From Clostridiales bacterium (GTDB lineage: Bacteria; Bacillota; Clostridia; Oscillospirales; CAG-272), in contig DPGD01000031.1 in the NCBI GenBank assembly GCA_003522145.1, forward strand, positions 11,227 through 75,226: 64,000 bases of DNA, written 5' to 3'. This document shows, piece after piece, positions 8,879 to 17,045 of the stretch. How positions within the stretch are numbered: the stretch's first letter is position 1; the number at the start of each line of letters is the position of its first letter. A model generated the notes under the pieces. That model was not told where the DNA came from, did no database searches, and saw only the letters and a program-made list of their open reading frames with translations. The position numbers and the translations under genes are program-made.

Positions 8879-9871
8879 TCAATTGTTATTTCGTGCTCTT
8901 TTTCCTCCGAAGGGAGAAGGAACCATCAGGCGTGAGCGTTCCAGAAAGAAGAACAACAGATCCATTGCGAGAATGGACAAGTATACCCCTTCCGACCTGA
9001 GAATATAGCGTAAAAGCACGGTCATGGCGCCGCAACCGATACCATAACACCACCTTAAGCCGGGCGTCAGCGGGGAAGCAGTAGGGTCCGGTGCCAACAA
9101 CAGAGCGCCGAAGGCCACTCCGCCGGTGCAGAGGTGAGCCAGCGCATAGGGCAATTCCATCCGTGCAAAACCTTCGGCAGGAAACAGATAGGTGACGACT
9201 GCCACGGTAAACACAAACCCGACAGGAATGCGCCAATCGATTGCTTTGCGGAAGAACAGCCAAAGGGCACAGAGCAAAAGCAAGAGCACCGAAACCTCTC
9301 CGATCACACCGGTTTCCAACCCCAAAAAGGAATTCAGAACCGAGTCGTAATCCGGTCTTGAGGAGGGGTCGTAAGAAAGAAGCGAATAAAGGGGTGCATT
9401 CCCGGAAAAAAACGAGGAATCGGGACTTTGAAAGAGGCCGAGCTTCTCAAATTCCGAAGGAACGCCTGCATTGGGAAAAGCCAACTGCACCACCACACCT
9501 CCGCAAAGCGCCGGATGAAGGGGGCACCTTCCGAGAAAAAGTGCCGACTTTGAAAGGCTCACAGCAATCAAAGCGCCCACAGGCACCGTCCAGAAGGGAA
9601 CGGTGTAGGGAAGCGTCAGGGAGAGCAGAAGTCCGGTGACCGCCGGAGAGAAAAGGTCCCCGGAAAGAGGCTTTTTCAGAATGAGCCGGAAGAGAAACTC
9701 CAGAATATAACAGCTTCCAACCGAAAGAACAGCAACCGTCAAGGTACGAAGTCCGAAAACGAAGACGCCCCATAAAAGCAAGGGAGCCAGCGCAATCAGC
9801 CAATCAGCCCTCAGAGAAAAGAGGCTTTTTCCGGTGTGCCGAAGGGGATACTGAAAACAAGTCTGCATCAT
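8879..9871 (-). CDS. RnfD/NqrB-family membrane protein (divergent)
   Basis: Polytopic protein with RnfD-like blocks (GEVSVLLLLLCALWLFFRKAIDWRIPVGF; LLAPDPTASP). A 4 nt ATGA overlap with the upstream RnfC-like gene suggests translational coupling. Confidence 0.75.
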   Translation of the reverse strand: MMQTCFQYPLRHTGKSLFSLRADWLIALAPLLLWGVFVFGLRTLTVAVLSVGSCYILEFLFRLILKKPLSGDLFSPAVTGLLLSLTLPYTVPFWTVPVGALIAVSLSKSALFLGRCPLHPALCGGVVVQLAFPNAGVPSEFEKLGLFQSPDSSFFSGNAPLYSLLSYDPSSRPDYDSVLNSFLGLETGVIGEVSVLLLLLCALWLFFRKAIDWRIPVGFVFTVAVVTYLFPAEGFARMELPYALAHLCTGGVAFGALLLAPDPTASPLTPGLRWCYGIGCGAMTVLLRYILRSEGVYLSILAMDLLFFFLERSRLMVPSPFGGKRARNNN

Positions 9872-11403
9872 GCGTGCCCCTCCTCTTCTTCTTTTGTGAA
9901 TTTTTCGGAGGACACCGAAAAATCCGATGACGGCGATTGCAGAGTTGACTGTAAATTTGCAGGGACCGTGGGGGCTTCCTTTGTATTTTCCGAAGAATCT
10001 TTTGCAAAATCATTTTCAGCATTTTCCGGAGCCTTCGGGAAAGATTCGGGCGTATTCTGATCGGAGGATGCCAACTGGCCGTTTGATGACTGCTTTTTCT
10101 TCCGATCTTCGGCAAGCATTCCCTGAATTTTCAGAATTTTATCCGTCAGATCTAAACCCGCCGGGCATACGAAGGAGCAGCAGCCGCAGCCGGAACAGCA
10201 ATCCGCCAAATACCTTTCGGCAGCCGGAAGATTTTCTTTACAAGCGGCTCGGTAGAGCTCAAGCGGAAGCAGTTTCATCGGACAAGCCGAAACGCAACGC
10301 CCGCAACGGATACAGTCGGTGCCGGAGCGCCCTCTTTCGGGCGCTTCATTGAAAGCCAGAACCGCCGGAATATTCTTTACCAAAGGGACACCTGCATTCG
10401 GAACTTCAACGCCCGAAAAAGATCCTCCGGCGAGCAGAAGCGTACAGTTCTCGGAAAGACCGCAGCAGAGTAAAAGATTTTCCAGGGGAGTGCCGATAGG
10501 ACAGGAAAGATTTGCAGGCTCCGCCACACCGTCTCCGCCGACCGTGACGATTCGCTCCACCATAGGCATTCCCGAAACAAAAGCATCGTACAGCGCCGCA
10601 CATTCCACCGCATCAAAGACAGCATAACCGGAATCTGCGAGGGAAGAGCTTGAAAGAATCTCCCTTCCGAAAAGGGCCGCAACAAGCAACCTGGGATCGC
10701 TTTGTGGGTATTTGCTCTTAACAAGGCATATCCGGAACATATCCGGATCAAAGTCGGATTTTAAAAGGGCTTTCATTCCCTCAGAAAAACAATCCTCCAC
10801 CGCAAGATGCCCGCACCGGACGCCCAGGGCCTTCAGCAGGATCTGTGCTCCCCCTATAATCTTTTCAGGCTGCTCCAGAACCAGACGGCGATTGGCTGAA
10901 AGAAAGGGTTCGCATTCGGTACAGTTCACAATGACCCGCCGTGCTTTTCCGAGAGAACACTGAATTCTCCGATAAAGGGGAAGAGGCTCCCTTCCGTTTC
11001 CGCAGATCCCCTTTAACCGGGCCGTTTCAAGGATCTGCTCCGGAGTGGTTTCCTTTATGGATCTGCCAAAGGGATAAACCGATGGATCCAGCCGGTCTTC
11101 ATAATCGTTTTCAATAACGATTGCTCCGGATTCTCTCCGGTCGGGCAACGATACAGAAACAATGTCACGAACGGTGCCCGAGATTCCGCTGTGAACCGGA
11201 CAGCCTGTGCCGTCCTTGCATTTTCCGATTTCCTGACCCTTGTTCACCCGTTCACCGATCCGGACGGTGGGGAAACATTCCTCTTCACCGCACTGCCGCA
11301 GGGGCACCCTGATTTCCGCAGGCGCTTTCAGCCGCTCCACAGCGCAGTTTACAACATCCTTCCGAAAAGGAACCTTTACGCCTCCTGAAAATGTATAGGG
11401 CAT
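9868..11403 (-). CDS. RnfC-family iron-sulfur protein (divergent, with a low-complexity C-terminal tail)
   Basis: RnfC architecture: N-terminal barrel-sandwich-like region (GQEIG..PVHSGISGTV), NCTECEPFLSANRRL, and two ferredoxin motifs CIRCGRCVSACP and CSGCGCCSFVCP. GAAAGGAGAG RBS and its own sigma-A promoter. Confidence 0.8.
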   Translation of the reverse strand: MPYTFSGGVKVPFRKDVVNCAVERLKAPAEIRVPLRQCGEEECFPTVRIGERVNKGQEIGKCKDGTGCPVHSGISGTVRDIVSVSLPDRRESGAIVIENDYEDRLDPSVYPFGRSIKETTPEQILETARLKGICGNGREPLPLYRRIQCSLGKARRVIVNCTECEPFLSANRRLVLEQPEKIIGGAQILLKALGVRCGHLAVEDCFSEGMKALLKSDFDPDMFRICLVKSKYPQSDPRLLVAALFGREILSSSSLADSGYAVFDAVECAALYDAFVSGMPMVERIVTVGGDGVAEPANLSCPIGTPLENLLLCCGLSENCTLLLAGGSFSGVEVPNAGVPLVKNIPAVLAFNEAPERGRSGTDCIRCGRCVSACPMKLLPLELYRAACKENLPAAERYLADCCSGCGCCSFVCPAGLDLTDKILKIQGMLAEDRKKKQSSNGQLASSDQNTPESFPKAPENAENDFAKDSSENTKEAPTVPANLQSTLQSPSSDFSVSSEKFTKEEEEGHA

Positions 11404-11437
11404 AATTCTCTCCTTTCGCCGTCCGCCTTCTTACCTG

Positions 11438-11466
11438 ATTGTATATCATGTTTGTTTTTTTTTCAA
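11438..11466 (-). promoter_or_regulatory. Sigma-A-type promoter for the RnfC-like/RnfD-like genes (TTGAAA-17-TACAAT on the minus strand)
   Basis: Read on the minus strand: TTGAAA (11466-11461), 17 nt spacer, TACAAT (11443-11438). About 35 nt upstream of ATG 11403. Confidence 0.65.
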
Positions 11467-11538
11467 GTACTTCGGTTAAAAAAACAGATCATCAACGGAA
11501 AAAATTCAAAAAAATACCTGCAAAATGGGTAAAATGTG

Positions 11539-11567
11539 TTGACAAACCGACAAAAATAATGTATGAT
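11539..11567 (+). promoter_or_regulatory. Sigma-A-type promoter for the response regulator/kinase pair (TTGACA-17-TATGAT)
   Basis: TTGACA at 11539-11544 and TATGAT at 11562-11567 with a 17 nt spacer. Divergent from the RnfC-like promoter. Confidence 0.7.
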
Positions 11568-11627
11568 GAAAGTGTGTGCTATATACTCTGTTGGTACGGA
11601 GATAATCAGGAAAGGATTGAGGATAAA

Positions 11628-12320
11628 ATGGCGGAAAAAAGAATACTTGTGATTGATGATGATACCAATATTTGCGAGTTGTTGCGTGTTTATCTGGAAA
11701 ATGAAGGTTACGAGGTGAAGGTCGCAAACGACGGTGTGGAAGGCATCACCTTGTTCAAGAGTTGCGATCCTGATTTGGTACTTCTGGACATTATGTTGCC
11801 CAAAAAAGACGGTTGGGAGGTTTGCAGACAGATTCGGGAGTGTTCTTCCAAACCGGTTATTATGATTACGGCTAAGGGCGAGGTGTTTGACAAGGTTCTG
11901 GGCTTGGAGCTGGGTGCTGATGACTTTGTGGTGAAGCCTTTCGATATGAAGGAGCTGTCGGCAAGAATCCGTGCGGTTCTGCGCCGTGCAAACAGCAGAG
12001 AGAGAGAACAAAGCAACGATGTGATCAAATTTGACAACATCGAGATCAACATGGATGAGTATACTTTGAAGCTGAAGGGCAAGAGTGTGGATATTCCGCC
12101 CAAAGAACTGGACCTGATTCATTATTTGGCCTCCAACTACAACAGAGTGTTCACGAGAGACCAGCTGTTGGACAAGGTCTGGGGGTATGATTTCGCAGGC
12201 GATTCAAGAACGGTGGATGTTCACATCAAGAGACTGCGCGAGAAACTGGAAGGCGTTTCCGACAAGTGGGTACTGAAGACCGTTTGGGGCGTGGGCTATA
12301 AGTTCGAGTTGCTCCAGTAA
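11628..12320 (+). CDS. OmpR-family response regulator
   Basis: Receiver domain (ILVIDDD...LLDIMLP...ITAKG) plus winged-helix output domain (TVDVHIKRLREKL...GVGYKF). ATG 11628 follows a GAGGA RBS and the promoter at 11539-11567. The long ORF-track N-terminal extension is rejected. Confidence 0.9.
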   Translation: MAEKRILVIDDDTNICELLRVYLENEGYEVKVANDGVEGITLFKSCDPDLVLLDIMLPKKDGWEVCRQIRECSSKPVIMITAKGEVFDKVLGLELGADDFVVKPFDMKELSARIRAVLRRANSREREQSNDVIKFDNIEINMDEYTLKLKGKSVDIPPKELDLIHYLASNYNRVFTRDQLLDKVWGYDFAGDSRTVDVHIKRLREKLEGVSDKWVLKTVWGVGYKFELLQ

Positions 12321-12339
12321 GGAAGAAAAATGTGACCGG

Positions 12340-12378
12340 GGGCATTGCAGAGGGAACTGTGCAATGCCCTTTGATTTC
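12340..12378 (+). terminator. Terminator-like hairpin between the response regulator and kinase genes (possible partial terminator)
   Basis: GGGCATTGCA (12340-12349) pairs with TGCAATGCCC (12360-12369), with a 10 nt loop, followed by TTTGATTTC. Confidence 0.5.
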
Positions 12379-12404
12379 AAACAGCAGGTTCCGGAGGACA
12401 CAGA

Positions 12405-13928
12405 ATGTTCAAAAGTGTATACACCAGATATATTGTCAGTTTTATCATGATTTTCGTCCTGAGTTTTCTCTGCTTCGGTGCGATCATATACGGCTATGTG
12501 TTTGAATATGCCGAAAACGAGATGAAGGACCGTGTGAAATCTGCGGCATATTCCGGCAAAACCACCTTGGATCTGCTGTATCAGAGCTATGTGGAAAGCC
12601 ACAGGGCCTCGGGGAATCTGCCCGACATTCTGGACAAGGACTCCTATAAGGTATTCTATACCGAAAAGGAATCGGATATTCTGGCAGTTCTGGATGGCAT
12701 GGCGAAGATTTCCGATGTTTGTGTACTGATTCTCGACGATCAGAACAGAGTGGCCATTTCCACAGATCAGAACTTAGAGGGCGGTCTTTTTCCGGATGGC
12801 TATGAACCGATTGACGGCGTTAGCAAGGAAAAGGTCTGTATTGAAGGAATCATGAGCAAGGAAAGCTACATCTGTACTTTCCCTCTTTCCGGCATGGAAA
12901 ACGACTACCGGGTCTTTGCCTACAATCTTTCCAATGCGGACAAAATTATGATCGGCAAGCTGGTGCAGGCTATGGCCTTATCGGCGGTGGTTGTCTGGCT
13001 TTTGGGCTTTGCGGGCTGTATGCTGATCAGCAACGGGATGATCCGTCCGCTGCGGGAAATGAGCAAGGCGGCCAAGCGCTTTGCTTTGGGTGACTTCAGC
13101 GCCCGGGTGACGGTGCGAGGGCAGGATGAAATTGCAGACTTAGCCGACTCGTTCAACGATATGGCACAGGCACTGAGTGATTTGGAGGAGCAGAGAAACA
13201 CCTTCCTGGCCAATATTTCACACGATCTGCGCACACCCATGACCTCCATTTCTGGCTTTATTGACGGAATTCTTGACGGCACCATCAAGCCGGAGGACCG
13301 GGATCACTACCTGAATATCATCGGTACAGAGGTAAAACGCCTGTCCCGTTTGGTGCGCACACTTCTGGAAGTAACCAGAATTGAAGCCGGAGCCCGGAAG
13401 TTCAACATGACGGACTTTGACATCTGCGAAATGGCCATGATGATTCTTTTCTCCTTTGAGAAGCAGATCGACGATAAGAAGCTTCTGGTTGAATTCAATT
13501 GCACAGAAGAGCGTGTTGCCGTAAGCGCCGACGCCGATGCCATTCATCAGGTGCTTTACAATCTGATCGACAATGCCGTGAAATTCTCTTATGAGAAGGG
13601 AATTCTGAGAGTTACCGTTCGGAAAGACGACAGCAAAAAGATTCTTGTCGAGGTCTATAATGAAGGCAACGGCATCAGCAAGGAGGATCTGCCGCATGTC
13701 TTTGACCGGTTTTACAAAGCGGATAAAAGTCGCGGAATGGACAAAACCGGGGTTGGCCTTGGACTTTTCATTGTGAAAGCGATCATACAGGCTCACGGCG
13801 ATACCATCGAAGCCGAAAGCGAGGAAGGAAAGTATTGCTTGTTCCGCTTCCTTCTGCCGGCGGGAGAATTGCCGAACGCCAAAAAACGGGGCGAAGACCG
13901 ATTGTCTGCCCCGGAGGATAAAAAATAA
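12405..13928 (+). CDS. Sensor histidine kinase (2 TM, extracytoplasmic domain, HAMP, HisKA, HATPase_c)
   Basis: H-box SHDLRTPMTSI, N-box DNAVKF and G-box GVGLGLFIV. GGAGG RBS. Confidence 0.9.
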   Translation: MFKSVYTRYIVSFIMIFVLSFLCFGAIIYGYVFEYAENEMKDRVKSAAYSGKTTLDLLYQSYVESHRASGNLPDILDKDSYKVFYTEKESDILAVLDGMAKISDVCVLILDDQNRVAISTDQNLEGGLFPDGYEPIDGVSKEKVCIEGIMSKESYICTFPLSGMENDYRVFAYNLSNADKIMIGKLVQAMALSAVVVWLLGFAGCMLISNGMIRPLREMSKAAKRFALGDFSARVTVRGQDEIADLADSFNDMAQALSDLEEQRNTFLANISHDLRTPMTSISGFIDGILDGTIKPEDRDHYLNIIGTEVKRLSRLVRTLLEVTRIEAGARKFNMTDFDICEMAMMILFSFEKQIDDKKLLVEFNCTEERVAVSADADAIHQVLYNLIDNAVKFSYEKGILRVTVRKDDSKKILVEVYNEGNGISKEDLPHVFDRFYKADKSRGMDKTGVGLGLFIVKAIIQAHGDTIEAESEEGKYCLFRFLLPAGELPNAKKRGEDRLSAPEDKK

Positions 13929-13940
13929 AATAGAAAAAGA

Positions 13941-13981
13941 AAAAGAGCTGAATCCGATATACACGGAGCCAGCTCTTTTTT
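13941..13981. terminator. Bidirectional terminator between the convergent kinase gene and rpe
   Basis: AAAAGAGCTG (13941-13950) pairs with CAGCTCTTTT (13970-13979). An A-run lies on the 5' side and a T-run on the 3' side. Confidence 0.7.
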
Positions 13982-14025
13982 AACGCTTTTGGCAATATAC
14001 TTTTCTTTAAAGAATCCGGGGAAAA

Positions 14026-14685
14026 TCAGCTTCTTTCCGCCACCTCCAGAAGTTCGGATATAGCCTTTCCAATGTCCGGCTTTTTATAAACGGCCGAACC
14101 GGCCACAAAGATATCCGCTCCTGCCTTTGCCGCCGTTCCGATAGTCTCAGTGGTAATGCCGCCGTCCACCTCAATGGGAACCGAAAGCCCGCTTTTCCGG
14201 AGTTTCTCCTTCAAAAACCGGACATTTTCGACGGCATCCGGAATAAAAGCCTGCCCGCCGAAGCCCGGCTCCACGGTCATGACCAACAGCATATCGCAAA
14301 GTGACAGAAAGGGAAGAATGGTCTTGGGGTCCGTTTTGGGCTTGATGGACAGCCCCACCTTTGCTCCGCTTTCCCGGATGGCAAGAAGAGTGGCTTTCAA
14401 ATCCGAGCAGGCCTCTGCATGAACCGTTAAAACATCCGCTCCCGCATTGCGGTATGCGGAGATATATCGGATCGGCTCTTCAATCATCAGGTGAACATCG
14501 AAAACCTTGGTGCTGTATTTCCGCAACGAGGAAATCACGCAGGGTCCGATGGTCAGGTTGGGCACAAAGCATCCGTCCATCACATCAATATGAATGTATT
14601 CGGCCTTGGTTTGATGGGTGCGTGCAATTTCAGTTCCTAAATTTGAAAAATCGCAGGAAAGAATCGAAGGGGCAATAATTTTCAT
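14026..14685 (-). CDS. rpe: Ribulose-phosphate 3-epimerase
   Basis: PSILSCDF...HIDVMDGCFVPNLTIGP...MTVEPGFGGQ are typical Rpe blocks. Confidence 0.93.
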   Translation of the reverse strand: MKIIAPSILSCDFSNLGTEIARTHQTKAEYIHIDVMDGCFVPNLTIGPCVISSLRKYSTKVFDVHLMIEEPIRYISAYRNAGADVLTVHAEACSDLKATLLAIRESGAKVGLSIKPKTDPKTILPFLSLCDMLLVMTVEPGFGGQAFIPDAVENVRFLKEKLRKSGLSVPIEVDGGITTETIGTAAKAGADIFVAGSAVYKKPDIGKAISELLEVAERS

Positions 14686-14709
14686 CTGCTTATCCTCTGG
14701 ATTTATTAT

Positions 14710-15195
14710 TCAGTTCCTTTTTTCCACAATGCAAACGGCGTGAGCGGCTATGCCTTCCAATGCTCCGGTAAAGCCCAACCCTTCTTCAGTGGTGGCCTTG
14801 ACCGAAACACAGTCTAAGGGAAGCTCCAGCGCCCGGGAAATGTTCTCCCGCATTTTTGGAATATGCGGCGCAAGCTTGGGCTGTTGAGCAAGAACGGTTG
14901 CATCCACATTGACCGGAAAATATCCGTTTTCGGCAAGAATCTGCCGGACTTTCCCGATCAGCACAAGGCTGTCTGCTCCGGTATAGCGTTCATCGGTGTC
15001 CGGAAAATGCCCGCCGATGTCTCCTAAAGCCGCAGCGCCCAGAAGAGCGTCCATCACGGCGTGCAAAAGCACATCGGCATCCGAGTGCCCCAAAAGTCCC
15101 ATTTCGTAGGGAATCCGGACACCGCCGAGAATACAATCCCGGTCTTTGGCAAAGCGGTGGACATCGTAGCCGTGTCCGATACGAAGGTTGGTCAT
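14710..15195 (-). CDS. ispF: 2-C-methyl-D-erythritol 2,4-cyclodiphosphate synthase
   Basis: [11 protein letters not shown]...[11 protein letters not shown]...[10 protein letters not shown] are IspF signatures. Confidence 0.95.
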   Translation of the reverse strand: MTNLRIGHGYDVHRFAKDRDCILGGVRIPYEMGLLGHSDADVLLHAVMDALLGAAALGDIGGHFPDTDERYTGADSLVLIGKVRQILAENGYFPVNVDATVLAQQPKLAPHIPKMRENISRALELPLDCVSVKATTEEGLGFTGALEGIAAHAVCIVEKRN

Positions 15196-15216
15196 GGATT
15201 CTTCCTTTCTCGGTTC

Positions 15217-15918
15217 TCAGTCCCGTTCGGAGCGCAAAAGGGCTTCGGCGAGAACCAGGTCTTCGGGAGTGGTGATTTTCAGATTGGTGCGACTGCAGGG
15301 AACGCATTTTGTGCCGAATCCGGCGTGTTCCAGCAGGGAGCAATCGTCGGTGGCGGTAAAGCCGTCTCTTTGTGCGGTGTAGGCAGCCGCTCTGTACAGA
15401 TCCGCATAGAATATCTGAGGGGTCTGCATGGCACGGAGCTGTGCCCGCTGGGGCTGACCCTCTGTTTGCGTTTTTCCGTGACGGTCCACCAGCTTTACGG
15501 TATCCGTCACCTCCGTGCAGGCTGTAGCACACCTATATCTGCAGGCGCAAAGAAACACCGCTTCGATTTCTTTCGGTGTTACCAGACACCGAGCGGCATC
15601 ATGAAAGGCGATATAGGCCGTATCCGGGTCCACCCCATTCATGCCGAGAAAAGCGGATTCCTGCCGGGTCTCTCCGCCCCGAATCGCCCGGCTGAATTTC
15701 TTTATACCGTACTTTGCGGCATATTCCGGATAGAGCGAGCATTCACTTTCTTTGGAAACCACCAGAATTTCTTTGCAGAAAGAGCAATTTTCAAAGGCAA
15801 GCATACTCCGGATAGCCACGGGAATTCCTGCAAGAAGCGCCTGCTGTTTGGATATTCCGCCCATGCGGGTGGAGGAGCCGCCGGCTAAGATCACGGCGGA
15901 AAAAGTTTTTTTGCTCAT
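15217..15918 (-). CDS. ispD: 2-C-methyl-D-erythritol 4-phosphate cytidylyltransferase
   Basis: AVILAGGSSTRMGG N-terminal motif. ATG 15918 follows a GGAGAG RBS. The ORF-track extension to 16128 is rejected. Confidence 0.9.
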   Translation of the reverse strand: MSKKTFSAVILAGGSSTRMGGISKQQALLAGIPVAIRSMLAFENCSFCKEILVVSKESECSLYPEYAAKYGIKKFSRAIRGGETRQESAFLGMNGVDPDTAYIAFHDAARCLVTPKEIEAVFLCACRYRCATACTEVTDTVKLVDRHGKTQTEGQPQRAQLRAMQTPQIFYADLYRAAAYTAQRDGFTATDDCSLLEHAGFGTKCVPCSRTNLKITTPEDLVLAEALLRSERD

Positions 15919-16047
15919 ATACTCTCCTTTCCAAAAGAAAAGCCGGGTGCTGATGACCGCCTGAACAGTGTAGCACATTTGCCTGAAAATTGCAAGGAAC
16001 CATTGGTCTATTTTGTAAAAATATTTTCCTGAAAATCGAAAAAACAT

Positions 16048-16076
16048 TTGAAAAACCGCCGGATTCATGATATAAT
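16048..16076 (+). promoter_or_regulatory. Sigma-A-type promoter for cdaA-cdaR (TTGAAA-17-TATAAT)
   Basis: TTGAAA at 16048-16053 and TATAAT at 16071-16076 with a 17 nt spacer. Confidence 0.7.
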
Positions 16077-16136
16077 ATAAAATGGTTAGAGATATATTCT
16101 GGTGCAGAGGACCATCATTGGAGGGCAAGGGTTCAT

Positions 16137-17045
16137 ATGGAAACAGTCAAACTGTTTTTTAATGAGGCGTGGGTGCTGATTTCATCCATTAGCTGGAGAG
16201 ATTTTATAGATATTGCTTTGGTTACGATCATTCTTTTCTATGCATTCCGGTTTATACGGGATCGTCGTGCCGGAAAACTGATCGTGGGCGTGGTCCTGCT
16301 GGTTGCAGTACAGGTCTTGTCGGAGATCTGCGGCTTGGGCACGATCAATTTCCTGCTGGGTAATTTTTTTGAAGTGGGCGTGCTGGCGATCATTATTCTG
16401 TTTCAGCCGGAATTGCGCTCGGCGTTGGAGAAGGTGGGTTCGGAGCCCTTGCGGAGCTTGAAGATGATCGGCGAGAAAAACTCCGCCCAGAAAAGGAATC
16501 AGTTGGTGGACAGCGTGTGCGAAGCCTGCTGTCAGATGGCCAAGGAAAAGACCGGGGCCCTGATTGTTTTTGAACGGAAAACAAAATTGGGAGAACATAT
16601 CAACAGCGGCACGGTGATCAATGCGGATCCCTCCGCCCCGATGATTGAAAATGTGTTTTTTAAGAATTCGCCTTTGCACGACGGTGCTTTGGTCATCCGG
16701 AACGACCGTCTGTATGCCGCCGGCTGTTTTCTGCCTCTCTCTTCCAACGACGACTTCCGGGAGCTGGGAACCAGACACCATGCAGCGGTAGGCGTCAGTG
16801 AGGTCAGCGATGCAGTGGTCATTGTGGTTTCGGAGCAAACCGGAACCATTTCAGTGGCCTTGGAGGGAAAATTGCGCAGGAATCTGGATTATGTTTCTTT
16901 AAAACGCTTGCTGGTCGCACTCCTCATCGGCAACGCCGAAAATGAAAAATCAGGAAAAGGCAAAAAGAAAGACCGGAGAAAAATCAAAAAACCGGAGGAA
17001 AAGGCTTTGGAGACAGCAACGGCCGGGAAAGAGGAGGAAGCATGA
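16137..17045 (+). CDS. cdaA: Diadenylate cyclase CdaA (membrane-anchored DAC domain)
   Basis: Three N-terminal TM segments. DAC-domain motifs DGALVI, and RHHAAVG in the position of the RHR motif. Lys-rich C-terminal tail. Confidence 0.92.
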   Translation: METVKLFFNEAWVLISSISWRDFIDIALVTIILFYAFRFIRDRRAGKLIVGVVLLVAVQVLSEICGLGTINFLLGNFFEVGVLAIIILFQPELRSALEKVGSEPLRSLKMIGEKNSAQKRNQLVDSVCEACCQMAKEKTGALIVFERKTKLGEHINSGTVINADPSAPMIENVFFKNSPLHDGALVIRNDRLYAAGCFLPLSSNDDFRELGTRHHAAVGVSEVSDAVVIVVSEQTGTISVALEGKLRRNLDYVSLKRLLVALLIGNAENEKSGKGKKKDRRKIKKPEEKALETATAGKEEEA

